From a virus (lineage: Duplodnaviria > Caudoviricetes), in IMG/VR virus record IMGVR_UViG_3300031673_000001: a stretch of 64,000 bases of DNA; one strand, 5' to 3'. This document shows, one piece after another, positions 1 to 10,153 of the stretch (position 1 is the first letter of the stretch; each line of letters starts with the position of its first letter). Made by a program: the position numbers and the translations under genes. The notes under the pieces were generated by a model. It searched no databases. It saw only the letters and a program-made list of their open reading frames with translations, and was not told the origin of the DNA.

Positions 1-75
1 GAGAACTTGACCAATTCAAGTCAATGCCAGGGTGCTTGATTCCCTGCTCACTACCATAGGAAATTATATTCTACT

Positions 76-1134
76 TTATCTTGACAATTTCCAATTCAGT
101 TTATAATTCGCACTATCTATTAAGTTATCAAATGCTACTACAAATCCATCTACTGTTTTACTTGTAACCATATATTGATAAAATGATGGAGATGGATCAG
201 TTATATTTTCTAACGTACAGACTGGATGATAATCTTCATCCACTTGTGCTACTACAAATACTACTGCTACTGATGTTGAATCGCTTGAGATATCTTCTAC
301 ACCACCAATAAACTCATCAACTGTATAACTTGTCAACCACAAACCTGATGTTGAATCCCAAGTAAGTATCGACCCTTCAACTGTTCCAGTAACGTTTACA
401 TCAGCTAATAGATTTAAATCACCAAAAACTGATGGATATACAAGAATTGATCCATTCACTCCTGATATAATAACAGTTCCTACAAATCCTTTATAATATG
501 GACTAGGTGGTGGACTATCTCTTAGACCTCCTGGTATTGATTCTGAAACCCATAAACCTGCTCCTTCTGCAAATGTACTTGTATTAATATTACGTACCAT
601 TCCTAAAAGAGTTATATAGCCATTATTATTATTATCAATACTATGAGTTGCTACTCCTATTCTCTTAATAATTTTCTCTTGTGCAATCGCTTGCGATAAA
701 TCAACTGTTGGAGTTTGTCCACTTGATCCATTAATATAAACAATTTGTCCACTAAGAATATCACTACCTGTTAAATTCCTAACTCTCACATGCATTTCTT
801 GACCAACCTGTAAAGTAACATCTGAAACATCATTATATAATCCCAACGTATTTGAACTATCATCCCAGAATACACGACCTCTATTCCAAGATGGAACAAC
901 ACCATCTGTTTTAAAATCCGTATACTCTATATCTGTTAAACGTTCTACACTAATTTGTAAAACTGAAGTCCCATCATATGTTAATCTAACATTATCAGTT
1001 CCCAATTTACTAAATTCACTCAATAATTGATCTACAGTCACTTTTATTGAAGTATCAGATTGTGACATTTCCATTAACTCGGAACCATTTAATGGAATTG
1101 TTGGATCATTTAATTCTATAATTTTTTTTGCCAT
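76..1134 (-). CDS. Putative virion structural / tail-fibre-associated protein
   Basis: 352-aa ORF rich in beta-strand-type Gly/Thr/Val sequence. The N-terminus (MAKKIIELN...GSELMEMSQ) resembles the starts of tail-associated proteins. Confidence 0.45.
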   Translation of the reverse strand: MAKKIIELNDPTIPLNGSELMEMSQSDTSIKVTVDQLLSEFSKLGTDNVRLTYDGTSVLQISVERLTDIEYTDFKTDGVVPSWNRGRVFWDDSSNTLGLYNDVSDVTLQVGQEMHVRVRNLTGSDILSGQIVYINGSSGQTPTVDLSQAIAQEKIIKRIGVATHSIDNNNNGYITLLGMVRNINTSTFAEGAGLWVSESIPGGLRDSPPPSPYYKGFVGTVIISGVNGSILVYPSVFGDLNLLADVNVTGTVEGSILTWDSTSGLWLTSYTVDEFIGGVEDISSDSTSVAVVFVVAQVDEDYHPVCTLENITDPSPSFYQYMVTSKTVDGFVVAFDNLIDSANYKLNWKLSR

Positions 1135-1149
1135 TATACTATCCTCTTA

Positions 1150-2505
1150 TTATAATACCCTTATATCATCATCATCTGTTAATCTTACTTCTCCATTATC
1201 TGTTAATCTTATTTCAGAAGCTAAACTAGAACTAAAAGAACTAGAACTTAAACTTGAGATACTGATTGATATGGAACTAGAACTTGATGAATTAATATCT
1301 TCATATACAAACAGTTCTAAAAACCAACCTGCTTCAAGTGTAACATTTGCCATTTTAATTCTCAACGTATTTCCATTGCTGACAATTAAAAAATGATCTC
1401 CATAATTCAACTCTCCATACCTTGAATTAACAACTAACATCAATCTATTAGTTATCTGCTCTGGTATTGTAATATCTAAATATGTTTCTTGTGCAGCATC
1501 TGTTGCTGTAACCTCATGAAAATATCTAGTCTTAAAAATATAATCTCCCACATTATCTATTTCACAAGTTGCATCTGAAGGGTCGAGATATGTAATACTA
1601 TTATTTGATGTTTCATCCAATCCCCAATCCCAATGATAATCATATAACTGTCTATTAACGGGAGGTTGATAGTCATTATATGCTGAATATGCTGAACCAT
1701 ATCTCAATTCTAAATTAACATTTTCAGCTAAATAATCTGACTCTAAAATAAGATAATTTGGTATTTCAATTTCATAATTAATAGTTGAAGTTAATCTCCA
1801 TTCAGCTATTTTATCTGGACCACCATATCTATTACTTGCATCTGACATATTAACTAATGAAATTTGTGGTTTAATATTTAATGGCAAAACTACTTCATTT
1901 CTAGCTGTTGATCTCACTAATTGATTTGAGGCATTTGCTGTTGTCCAATCTATATTATAAGTCATACCAGTATACTCATTACTATACTCATATGTCAAAA
2001 ATGAATCTGGTAGAATAATAAATGATGAAAAGAATCTAGGATAGATAATTCTATCCGTTCCACCAAAATAATTAATCAGCATGAGTCTTAAATCACAATA
2101 TTCATAAAAGCTATTCAACATCATTATCAACTCAAACTCACCCTTTATCCTTATAAATCCAGCATGCATAATTAAATGATCATCCTGGTATATAGGATTA
2201 AAAAGTCGTTTGATCATTGTAGGAGCTAAATTTGGATATCTCCACAATTGCCTACCACCAGCATTTCCATCTGCTGGAGAGAAGTCCCCAGAAGGATTTA
2301 AAATTAACGCAGGTAATAGAGGTTGATCTGTTTCTCTATCATATTGTGCTCTTTTCGCCAAATACTCTACAGCTTTGTCATAGGTTCCCACAACTCTATA
2401 TTCAAATCGAGGATAAAGGGTTGTACTGAAATAATCCAACATATCCTTAAAAAAATGACCGAATACATTATGTATAAAATGATATGTTTCCCTAGTTTGT
2501 GCCAT
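1150..2505 (-). CDS. Hypothetical, probably structural protein with Ser-rich C-terminal tail
   Basis: 451-aa ORF in the minus-strand operon. It ends in a poly-Ser tract followed by RLTDNGEVRLTDDDD. Confidence 0.5.
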   Translation of the reverse strand: MAQTRETYHFIHNVFGHFFKDMLDYFSTTLYPRFEYRVVGTYDKAVEYLAKRAQYDRETDQPLLPALILNPSGDFSPADGNAGGRQLWRYPNLAPTMIKRLFNPIYQDDHLIMHAGFIRIKGEFELIMMLNSFYEYCDLRLMLINYFGGTDRIIYPRFFSSFIILPDSFLTYEYSNEYTGMTYNIDWTTANASNQLVRSTARNEVVLPLNIKPQISLVNMSDASNRYGGPDKIAEWRLTSTINYEIEIPNYLILESDYLAENVNLELRYGSAYSAYNDYQPPVNRQLYDYHWDWGLDETSNNSITYLDPSDATCEIDNVGDYIFKTRYFHEVTATDAAQETYLDITIPEQITNRLMLVVNSRYGELNYGDHFLIVSNGNTLRIKMANVTLEAGWFLELFVYEDINSSSSSSISISISSLSSSSFSSSLASEIRLTDNGEVRLTDDDDIRVL

Positions 2506-2544
2506 TTATAAATCCTCATATTGAATTCTATATATAAATACTAA

Positions 2545-3153
2545 TCAAACATCTGATAGTTTAATTGTTTTATCTCTATTTATCTTATCAGTAAAATCAC
2601 TCCTTCCTGCCCATCTTTCACGGTGATAATCGTCAAGCATTTCTAGTGAAGGACTTGTGGCAATCTGTAAACCGCTAGTTCTAACAATTTTTTTTCCTAA
2701 TCTTTTTTGAATATTGTGACGTTCAGTTAAAATAAAAATAAAATCTTCCACATAGGAATTCATTGTAAATCCATAAATATTTAAACAATCAAATACACAC
2801 TTATCTTCAATATCTACTTTAGATAAAACAATAGACTCATTAAAAACAAAAATTATATCACTTGTATATTCCGGTTTAATTCTTTCAAATTGATTTGAAA
2901 TGTCCAAAGTATTCTTTCTAAAATTATGAAGATCAATGAATGTTTCACAAAACTTGGAAGATTCTAAATTTTTGAACATACCTACTTTTACATTTCTTTT
3001 ATAATCATCTCCTTGAGAAAAATCTGGGTCAAGTCTAAAAAGTAAAAATGTAGATCTTTTATCAAAGTACACCCCTATGTTATAAAATCCTTTCAAAATA
3101 GAAATTCTAATATTGTAACATCGGTTAAAAGACTTTCCTAATTTTAATGACAT
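2545..3153 (-). CDS. Hypothetical protein
   Basis: 202-aa ORF with an RBS-like GAGGGG upstream, co-oriented with its neighbours. Confidence 0.6.
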   Translation of the reverse strand: MSLKLGKSFNRCYNIRISILKGFYNIGVYFDKRSTFLLFRLDPDFSQGDDYKRNVKVGMFKNLESSKFCETFIDLHNFRKNTLDISNQFERIKPEYTSDIIFVFNESIVLSKVDIEDKCVFDCLNIYGFTMNSYVEDFIFILTERHNIQKRLGKKIVRTSGLQIATSPSLEMLDDYHRERWAGRSDFTDKINRDKTIKLSDV

Positions 3154-3170
3154 TCGTAATTCCCCTCTTC

Positions 3171-5123
3171 TTATAATGAATCAATATCAAAATTATCAAA
3201 ATTAAATTTTGATTCTGTTTGTTCTTCAGAAGCTTCCTTTGCAAAGATGCTTGATCTTGTATGTGCAGATTCTTTCCATATATGTGTCAAATATTTTGCA
3301 CTTTTAATAAGTTTATCATCTTGCTCTGGTTTCCATAAGTATAAAATTTTAATTAAATCATCACCAAACTGCTCATATGGAAAATCAACTTTATCAAATT
3401 CAAAATCTTTATCACCCAAATTAGCAACATATAAAATAAATTCATCTCTAACTGACTCAGGAATCTGTTCCTTAAATATCTCATTACCAATCATTCTTTG
3501 AAGATTTGAAATTGTGCTTTTCTTTACAGTTTTTACTATTTTATGTTTCTGTTTAAAAAACTCAATTATTTCATCCGAGATATTTTGCTTCTCTTTAATC
3601 TTCTCAATTAATGAATCTGTCAACTCATTATTATTTAATTTAATTGAAACTTCTACTGGAATAATCTCATTTGTAATTTGTTCTAAATTATAACTATTTT
3701 GTGTTGTCAATTTGAGATTTCCAGATTCATATCCATCTCTATGTAGAAGATCTATTGTGGGTATTCCACCATTACCTGCAATCTTTTCAGCAAGATCTAT
3801 AATAAAATCTCTTACATCATTTTCACCAACTGCTTGAACACCAAAACTCATACATGAAGTTTTATATTTATCGAAAACTCCCTTGCTATCAAAACAATTA
3901 TATCTATTTAAAATTACAGATACTAATTGTTCCTTCTCAATATCAGTAATAAAACTAAAGATAAAAGAATCCAAGAAACATCTGTATGCTAAATGAAAGA
4001 TACTTTTATTCTCAAGTGCATTTGGAATCTTACTTTCTAATCTTGTTCTTAACAATCTAACATAAACATTGAAAAGTAAAAGATCATACGCTAACTCAAC
4101 ATTTTCATTCGTATAATCTTTTGTTTTAAAACTCAATGGACTAAATCCCTGTGGAATTAAAGATCCATTCTCAATATAACTCTTTTGAAACATTAAAAAT
4201 GTAACTCTTGAGATATAACATAGAGATTTTAAATCGTCTTCTGTTATCCCTGATAATGGTTGAAAATTATCCTCATATCCACCATCTTCAACTAATCTTT
4301 TTCTAAAACCTTCAACTGGATTATGAGAAACTGATAAACCTGAAATTATATTTTCTAATGTAAAAAGATCATTCTTTAAAATATTAGTTACAAACTTACT
4401 TTCAACATCTATAAATACTACTTTATTTTCCTTCTCTTCAATTTTATTATCATCAATCTCTGGAACAGTTACTTTACTCATATCATTTCCACCAATAAAC
4501 TTATCTAAATCTTCTATTGATGTTTCTGTCTTTTCTATAACTTCCTTATCTAAAATCGGCAAATCTAATTCTATTGGCATTTCAACCTGCCTAGACATCC
4601 CTTTTAAAAGAGCTGGTAATTGTAGAATAACTTCTTTTTGTGTTGAATCAATTGTCTTATAGAATATATTCTCACAGATGTTGAAATAGTTATTAGAGAA
4701 ATCTTTTATAGTTCTTCCAAACAACATGAATGTGGGAAATAAAGGGATTACTATAATAGTAAAATCAGTTGAATTTGAAAGCAATGTAATCTTTGCTAAA
4801 TCCGCTCCTTCGTGTTGAAATAGTTCTAATACTAACTGTAAATTAGCTTTGAATTTTTTAACTATTTCTAGCTTTTCCCCTTTGAATGTTTTAATAGCTT
4901 GTGCTAATGCCATAGTTAATTCAAGAGCATTTTCACCACTTAAACTAATGTTTTTTGAATGGTTATTTTTGACTGTAATATTCAGTCTCGGAGGATTGAA
5001 ATTTTTGTTATCATCTGAATTAGTCATAAGAGCTACTCTTAGATAACCTTGGGTGCCATAAACCTTGTCTTTGTACGTTTGAATAGTTTGACTAAACCAA
5101 TGTGTCTCTTCCGTTTGATACAT
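3171..5123 (-). CDS. Hypothetical protein with acidic/aromatic C-terminal tail
   Basis: 650-aa ORF with AGGAG RBS. Ends EEQTESKFNFDNFDIDSL. Confidence 0.65.
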   Translation of the reverse strand: MYQTEETHWFSQTIQTYKDKVYGTQGYLRVALMTNSDDNKNFNPPRLNITVKNNHSKNISLSGENALELTMALAQAIKTFKGEKLEIVKKFKANLQLVLELFQHEGADLAKITLLSNSTDFTIIVIPLFPTFMLFGRTIKDFSNNYFNICENIFYKTIDSTQKEVILQLPALLKGMSRQVEMPIELDLPILDKEVIEKTETSIEDLDKFIGGNDMSKVTVPEIDDNKIEEKENKVVFIDVESKFVTNILKNDLFTLENIISGLSVSHNPVEGFRKRLVEDGGYEDNFQPLSGITEDDLKSLCYISRVTFLMFQKSYIENGSLIPQGFSPLSFKTKDYTNENVELAYDLLLFNVYVRLLRTRLESKIPNALENKSIFHLAYRCFLDSFIFSFITDIEKEQLVSVILNRYNCFDSKGVFDKYKTSCMSFGVQAVGENDVRDFIIDLAEKIAGNGGIPTIDLLHRDGYESGNLKLTTQNSYNLEQITNEIIPVEVSIKLNNNELTDSLIEKIKEKQNISDEIIEFFKQKHKIVKTVKKSTISNLQRMIGNEIFKEQIPESVRDEFILYVANLGDKDFEFDKVDFPYEQFGDDLIKILYLWKPEQDDKLIKSAKYLTHIWKESAHTRSSIFAKEASEEQTESKFNFDNFDIDSL

Positions 5124-5207
5124 TTACTAATTCTCCTTTCTTGGATTTACTCTATTATTTATTTGTTACTTACAATAATTGAATAGACTCAATTGTTAGG
5201 ACTTCTC

Positions 5208-5264
5208 CCCCACCGGTGGGGATGTGCTCACCTGGTGCCCGCAAGGGCAGAAAGGTGGAAGCAC
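5208..5264. other. GC-rich palindrome plus nested hairpin (ncRNA or origin candidate)
   Basis: CCCCACCGGTGGGG is a perfect palindrome (5208-5221). Nested stems follow: GTGCT/AGCAC, CACCT/AGGTG and TGCCC-GCAA-GGGCA. Confidence 0.6.
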
Positions 5265-5448
5265 GGAATTACTTTCCTTTTTTATTTAACTCTTCTATAA
5301 TCTCTTTTCTTGTCTCTTTCTTTCTGTTCTAATAACTAGGACTAATAGCTCTTTATACTATATAAGTTCCTTATATAAGCAGTTGTACTTCAGTGAAATA
5401 ATTGAAAAAAATCAATTAATCTATGCCTTAATATATAAGCAGAAGTAA

Positions 5449-6102
5449 TTAGTTGTTTTTATTCGTATTTTCTAAAAAATCCCTTTTTGCCCATCTTCTA
5501 CATGCTATTCTCTTTTTATAACCACTATCCAACTTTTCATATTTAAATTTATATTTTTTTGATATTCCTTTCATATAATTTTTAAGATTGAACTTTTTAC
5601 CAATATGAGTTTTCATATATTCAACTTTATCTAATAGAGCTGTTTCTAAAGCTGTAGTTTCTTGTTTTCTTTCCATTTTAATAACTCTAATCTTATAGAG
5701 CATATTTATATATTCTTTCTCATCTTTAGACAAACTATTCAAAAAATTTCTTCGTTTTTTCTCTTTTAAAGAAATAACATTTTTCGATCTATTAATTACT
5801 TTTGTATAATCAGTATGAACATCATCAATATCTACATATCCACAAATTGAATCTGGATTACTCGATAATTGAAAATCTGAAGTAACTCTTAAATTAGATT
5901 CTCTAAAGAAAACTTTATCAAAAAAGCGATACGTTTCTATAGAATCTTTTATTCCAACATATCCAACTGCGCTTCCATCTCCTGGTTTAAATACATCATA
6001 TACTAAAATAGTGTTGGGAGATAATACGATTTCTCTATCATGGGTTTTAATGAATGCTTGGTGTTTTCTCGGGTTTGGTGATGGTAGGGTTTGACTCGAC
6101 AT
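5449..6102 (-). CDS. Hypothetical basic protein, possibly DNA-binding
   Basis: 217-aa ORF with a Lys/Arg-rich C-terminal half. Confidence 0.5.
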   Translation of the reverse strand: MSSQTLPSPNPRKHQAFIKTHDREIVLSPNTILVYDVFKPGDGSAVGYVGIKDSIETYRFFDKVFFRESNLRVTSDFQLSSNPDSICGYVDIDDVHTDYTKVINRSKNVISLKEKKRRNFLNSLSKDEKEYINMLYKIRVIKMERKQETTALETALLDKVEYMKTHIGKKFNLKNYMKGISKKYKFKYEKLDSGYKKRIACRRWAKRDFLENTNKNN

Positions 6103-6607
6103 TTTCTTCTTCCTCCTTGTATTCTTCTAAGAATTTCGCCAATACAACTATTGACTGTTGAAATAGCTTTTTCACATTTTTCACTTGTTTCTTCTCTACC
6201 TGACTTATTATTATGTTCCTCATACTAACTAAAAAATCCCCAATTTCTTCATCCTTTATACTTGGGAGATTCATCTTTGCATTTGGACATAGTTCGCCTG
6301 AACGTATAGGTGGGTGTATGGTGTTACATTGTGGGCATACATCTCTTGTTACTGGTTGTGATACTCCAGCAGGTGTGGAATATACTGGAGGAGCTGTAGT
6401 AGGAGCATGTTGTGGATTAACAACTACGCCTGGATTATTAGCTACTGTATTTGCTTCTACTTGTCTTAACACAGCTTGTTGTTCTGGAGTAACTTCAGAA
6501 GGACCTCGACCTGGAGTTCCTTGATTCTTAAAATTCTCTATTGGCGGTGTAGTATAAATTTTATCATGTTGTTCATTAAATATTCTCAATCTTTCGTCTT
6601 CATCCAT
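6047..6607 (-). CDS. Hypothetical protein with Pro-rich linker and putative Zn finger
   Basis: CPQC...H...C motif. GGAGG RBS upstream. Confidence 0.6.
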   Translation of the reverse strand: MDEDERLRIFNEQHDKIYTTPPIENFKNQGTPGRGPSEVTPEQQAVLRQVEANTVANNPGVVVNPQHAPTTAPPVYSTPAGVSQPVTRDVCPQCNTIHPPIRSGELCPNAKMNLPSIKDEEIGDFLVSMRNIIISQVEKKQVKNVKKLFQQSIVVLAKFLEEYKEEEENVESNPTITKPEKTPSIH

Positions 6608-6669
6608 GATTACCTCCTAATGATTGTGTCTTTATTTTTTGTTCTTATTATTTATTATAACATCCTAAA

Positions 6670-6683
6670 CTATATATATTAAT
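6670..6683 (+). promoter_or_regulatory. CTATATATATTAAT promoter-like motif, copy 1
   Basis: Exact 14-mer in the divergent intergenic region. It recurs at 39442, 41098, 53681 and 53849; every copy I found is intergenic. Confidence 0.65.
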
Positions 6684-6749
6684 TAATGATAATAAAACTA
6701 ATGTTCGAATTTTTTTAACAAATTATAAAAGGGAGGAAATATATATGAT

Positions 6750-8009
6750 ATGGTAGATCAACAAAAGAAGGTTAAAAATGATGTAATGGATATCATTCAT
6801 CACAGTGGTATTAGAAATACAGCAAGCAGTGTTTTAACATCTAACTCTTTTATCACAACTATAGGAGGATATGCAGGAACTGGAAAAACACATCTAATTG
6901 GCCAATTAAGAAAAGAAATAAAAGAAAACTTTCATAGACTATCAGTTGGATTCTGTACATTTACGGGAAAAGCATCAAGTGTTTTAGCGTCTAAACTATA
7001 TGCAAACCAATCCATTCTTTATAATGATTATGTTGGAACCATTCATCGAATGATATACAAACCACAAACGAGGTATGATAAAAATTTAAAATGCCACGTT
7101 ATTGTGGGTTGGACATTATTAGAATCAGGTAGTCTTCCGTATGATCTTATAATTATAGATGAAGCATCTATGGTTTCAAAAGATATATGGACTGATTTAA
7201 AATCATTTGGTGTATCAATAATTGCCGTAGGTGATCATGGACAATTGGGTCCGGTAGGTGATGATTCATTCAATCTTATGAAAAAACCAGAACACACACT
7301 TACTGAAATTCGTCGTCAAGCAAAAGATTCTGAAATAATAAAATTGTCCATAATAGCAAGACAGCAAGGAACCATTCCATTAAAAATCTTTTCTCGAGAT
7401 CCACCTGTATTAAAAGTTCCATGGAAAAGTGGAATCTGTCAAAATATTTGGAAAAAATTACAGTTTGATGAAGATACCATGGCGCTATGTGGATTGAATA
7501 TGACGAGAAACTATATAAACAGAATGATTAGAAAAGATCTTGATTATAATATGGTTGCACCCTATGCAGGTGAAAGAGTTGTCTGTCTAAAAAATAACAG
7601 AGACTTGGGAATTATGAATGGCCAGACAGGAACAGTAGTTTATTTAATGCCAGAAAAATACAAGAATACCTTTAGATTAACATTTCAACTTGATGGTTCT
7701 TCAGATTACACCGAAGCATTTGTAGATGGAACTACATTTGATCAGGTAACATACACAATGTTTGGTGATATGGAGAGAGTGAAAAAACTGAATAAGTATT
7801 CAGGCAAAAATGATCTTCATGGGGTTAACTATTTTGATTATGGATATTGCATTTCCGTTCATAAATCTCAAGGTAGTGAATGGAAAAGAATAGTTCTATT
7901 TGAACAAAGAAATCGTTATCAAAATGATGAGCAATACGCTCGTTGGTTGTACACTGGCATTACTCGGGCAAAAGAAAGATTACTTATAATAACAGATTTT
8001 TATTCGTAG
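6750..8009 (+). CDS. SF1B helicase (Dda/RecD-like)
   Basis: Walker A GYAGTGKT, IIDEASM, VGDHGQL, LTEIRRQ, HKSQGSEW, YTGITRAK. Confidence 0.92.
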   Translation: MVDQQKKVKNDVMDIIHHSGIRNTASSVLTSNSFITTIGGYAGTGKTHLIGQLRKEIKENFHRLSVGFCTFTGKASSVLASKLYANQSILYNDYVGTIHRMIYKPQTRYDKNLKCHVIVGWTLLESGSLPYDLIIIDEASMVSKDIWTDLKSFGVSIIAVGDHGQLGPVGDDSFNLMKKPEHTLTEIRRQAKDSEIIKLSIIARQQGTIPLKIFSRDPPVLKVPWKSGICQNIWKKLQFDEDTMALCGLNMTRNYINRMIRKDLDYNMVAPYAGERVVCLKNNRDLGIMNGQTGTVVYLMPEKYKNTFRLTFQLDGSSDYTEAFVDGTTFDQVTYTMFGDMERVKKLNKYSGKNDLHGVNYFDYGYCISVHKSQGSEWKRIVLFEQRNRYQNDEQYARWLYTGITRAKERLLIITDFYS

Positions 8010-8028
8010 AGAAAGGAGAAGAATTTTT

Positions 8029-8331
8029 ATGGGGAGAAATGCACACAGAGATGAACATGAAAAAATGATGAGCGACTTAATTGCAAATCAAACTACAATA
8101 GTAAGAAATTGTTATAAATTAATTCCTGAAACGGGATTGTTTCAACATTGCATCAGAACAGTTTTTTCACATGAAATTTGTGATCCTCCACTTTGTAGCT
8201 GTTTTATTAATCCTATGGCGAAATGGAAAAATGGCGACTGTGCAATGGCAGACGAATTCCTTAGAAAAACTTACGCTGCACCCAAAGAAAAAATAAAAGT
8301 GGGGCAACAAAAACAAAGAAAAAAGAAATAG
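8029..8331 (+). CDS. Hypothetical Cys-containing protein
   Basis: 100-aa ORF with AGGAG RBS. Confidence 0.6.
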   Translation: MGRNAHRDEHEKMMSDLIANQTTIVRNCYKLIPETGLFQHCIRTVFSHEICDPPLCSCFINPMAKWKNGDCAMADEFLRKTYAAPKEKIKVGQQKQRKKK

Positions 8332-8335
8332 ACAA

Positions 8336-8381
8336 TTATGACACATCTTATAAATTTATATAAGATGTGTCATAACTTTTT
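8336..8381 (+). terminator. Intrinsic terminator
   Basis: 17-bp inverted repeat TTATGACACATCTTATA/TATAAGATGTGTCATAA followed by a T-run. Confidence 0.7.
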
Positions 8382-8445
8382 TAAATTTTCTTCCACAAAT
8401 TAAGATTATTTTTTAAATAAAAGGAACAAAATAATAAATACATTT

Positions 8446-8862
8446 GTGGAGGATTGGTCTATGGAAAATATTTGTCAACTTGTAAAAAATAAATTAGAAC
8501 AATATGGTTATGAAGTATCACAATTAAGGCAAACATCTAACTTTAAGGAATTTTGTATTATGTCAAATTCAATGATAATTTTTGTTAATGAGGAGGATAA
8601 ATCTTTAACATTGTCATTTGAGTGTAATTTGGAACCACAAAAAGTTGGGCAAAGAATGACCATACTTAATGATATTAAAGAAATAAATTCTGTCTTTATT
8701 ACAGAATCTCATATGTTTGATAGCATTAATAAAAATTATACAATTGGAAAAGAAGCTAAAGAGTTAGATCTTAAAATGAAAATATATATGTTAATGAAAG
8801 AAATCACTGAACAGCAAGTATATCGTGAAGTTTTAATGACACAGAAATGTCATGAATGTTGA
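8446..8862 (+). CDS. Hypothetical protein
   Basis: 138-aa ORF in operon with replication genes. Confidence 0.55.
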   Translation: MEDWSMENICQLVKNKLEQYGYEVSQLRQTSNFKEFCIMSNSMIIFVNEEDKSLTLSFECNLEPQKVGQRMTILNDIKEINSVFITESHMFDSINKNYTIGKEAKELDLKMKIYMLMKEITEQQVYREVLMTQKCHEC

Positions 8863-8876
8863 AAAGGAGTTTTTGA

Positions 8877-9866
8877 ATGGAAGAAATTTTAGATAGTCTA
8901 TGGGTAGAGAAATATAGACCAAAAAAATTAGATGATTTAGTTCTGCCAATACAATATAAAAAAGATTTTGAAATAATATTCAATAAACAGTCCATTGGAA
9001 ATCTTTTACTTTCAGGTCCACCTGGAGGAGGAAAGACTACACTGGCAAGAATCATATGTTCAAAAAATGGTATTCTTCAAAATAAAAAAGATAATTTATT
9101 AATGGCAAATGGATCAGCTAAATCGACAAGAAATATTCAATTTGTTGATACAGTAGTAGAACCATTTCTAAAACATCCACCATCCAGAGATAAATTCAAA
9201 GTTGTATTTATTGACGAGGCAGATAAATTAACTCCAGAAGCTTATGATTCATTTAGAGGAATCATAGAAAAATATCAAGTAGCATATGGAAGATTTATTT
9301 GGACTTGTAATTATATCTATAAAATTCCAGATCCAGTTCAAAGTAGATTTACAATTTATAAATTTAAACAAATTTCAAAGGAGTTTATTTTTGATTATTG
9401 TAAAAATATATTAATGAAAGAAAATATAAAATTTGATGAAGAATCAATATATCTAATCATTAATAATTTGTATCCAGATGTAAGAAAGATTGTTACTACA
9501 ATGGCACAATGTTCATTAGAAGGAACATTGAAGGTTTCAGAAAATGATGTTATTACAGCAGAAAAAATAGTAATTGCTCATATCATTGAAATAATCTCTT
9601 TGATTGAAAAAGATCTACCTACACAAATTGGAAAAGAAATTAAAAGTTTAGCTGATATTTTATCAGAGAGAGATTTAGAATATTATAGAATTTATAATGA
9701 ACTCTTTTTTATGGATAAGATACCTGCACCTGCAAAGATAATGATTAATAGATATTCTTTAGATCATCAATCATGTCTATCACCACAGATGCATTTTATG
9801 GCAATGATATTTGATATTATTAAAACATTAAGGGATTTTAGATTAGCAAGGATTGTGAAAAAATGA
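8877..9866 (+). CDS. Clamp loader ATPase subunit (RFC small subunit / T4 gp44-like)
   Basis: LWVEKYRPKKLDD, Walker A GPPGGGKTT, IDEADKL, SRF arginine finger, DVRK. Confidence 0.93.
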   Translation: MEEILDSLWVEKYRPKKLDDLVLPIQYKKDFEIIFNKQSIGNLLLSGPPGGGKTTLARIICSKNGILQNKKDNLLMANGSAKSTRNIQFVDTVVEPFLKHPPSRDKFKVVFIDEADKLTPEAYDSFRGIIEKYQVAYGRFIWTCNYIYKIPDPVQSRFTIYKFKQISKEFIFDYCKNILMKENIKFDEESIYLIINNLYPDVRKIVTTMAQCSLEGTLKVSENDVITAEKIVIAHIIEIISLIEKDLPTQIGKEIKSLADILSERDLEYYRIYNELFFMDKIPAPAKIMINRYSLDHQSCLSPQMHFMAMIFDIIKTLRDFRLARIVKK

Positions 9867-10153
9867 ATTGGAAGAAATTGAAATTTTGGAAGACAAATGA
9901 ATATAAATTTCCTTGTATTAACTGTTTTGTTAGACCCATTTGTAATCTTTCAAAATCATGTGATAAATTAGAATTGAATGAAAATAAACTTAAAGATTTA
10001 TTTTCAAAATATAAATGTTGTGTTGACTGTGGATCTAAAAAATTTATTGAAGGTCCAAGTGGTGGAATGATAACAAATTTTAAATGTGCTGGTTGTGGTC
10101 ACTGGTTTAATATGGCATTGCCATTATTTATTCAAAGGATTCGAATGCCATGA
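9863..10153 (+). CDS. Small Cys-rich putative Zn-binding protein
   Basis: CxxC motifs (CINC, CVDC, CAGC). Confidence 0.55.
   Translation: MNWKKLKFWKTNEYKFPCINCFVRPICNLSKSCDKLELNENKLKDLFSKYKCCVDCGSKKFIEGPSGGMITNFKCAGCGHWFNMALPLFIQRIRMP

Noticed and set aside
8336-8375. 17-bp inverted repeat as a special element
   Set aside because: It sits right after a stop codon and is followed by a T-run, so an ordinary terminator explains it.
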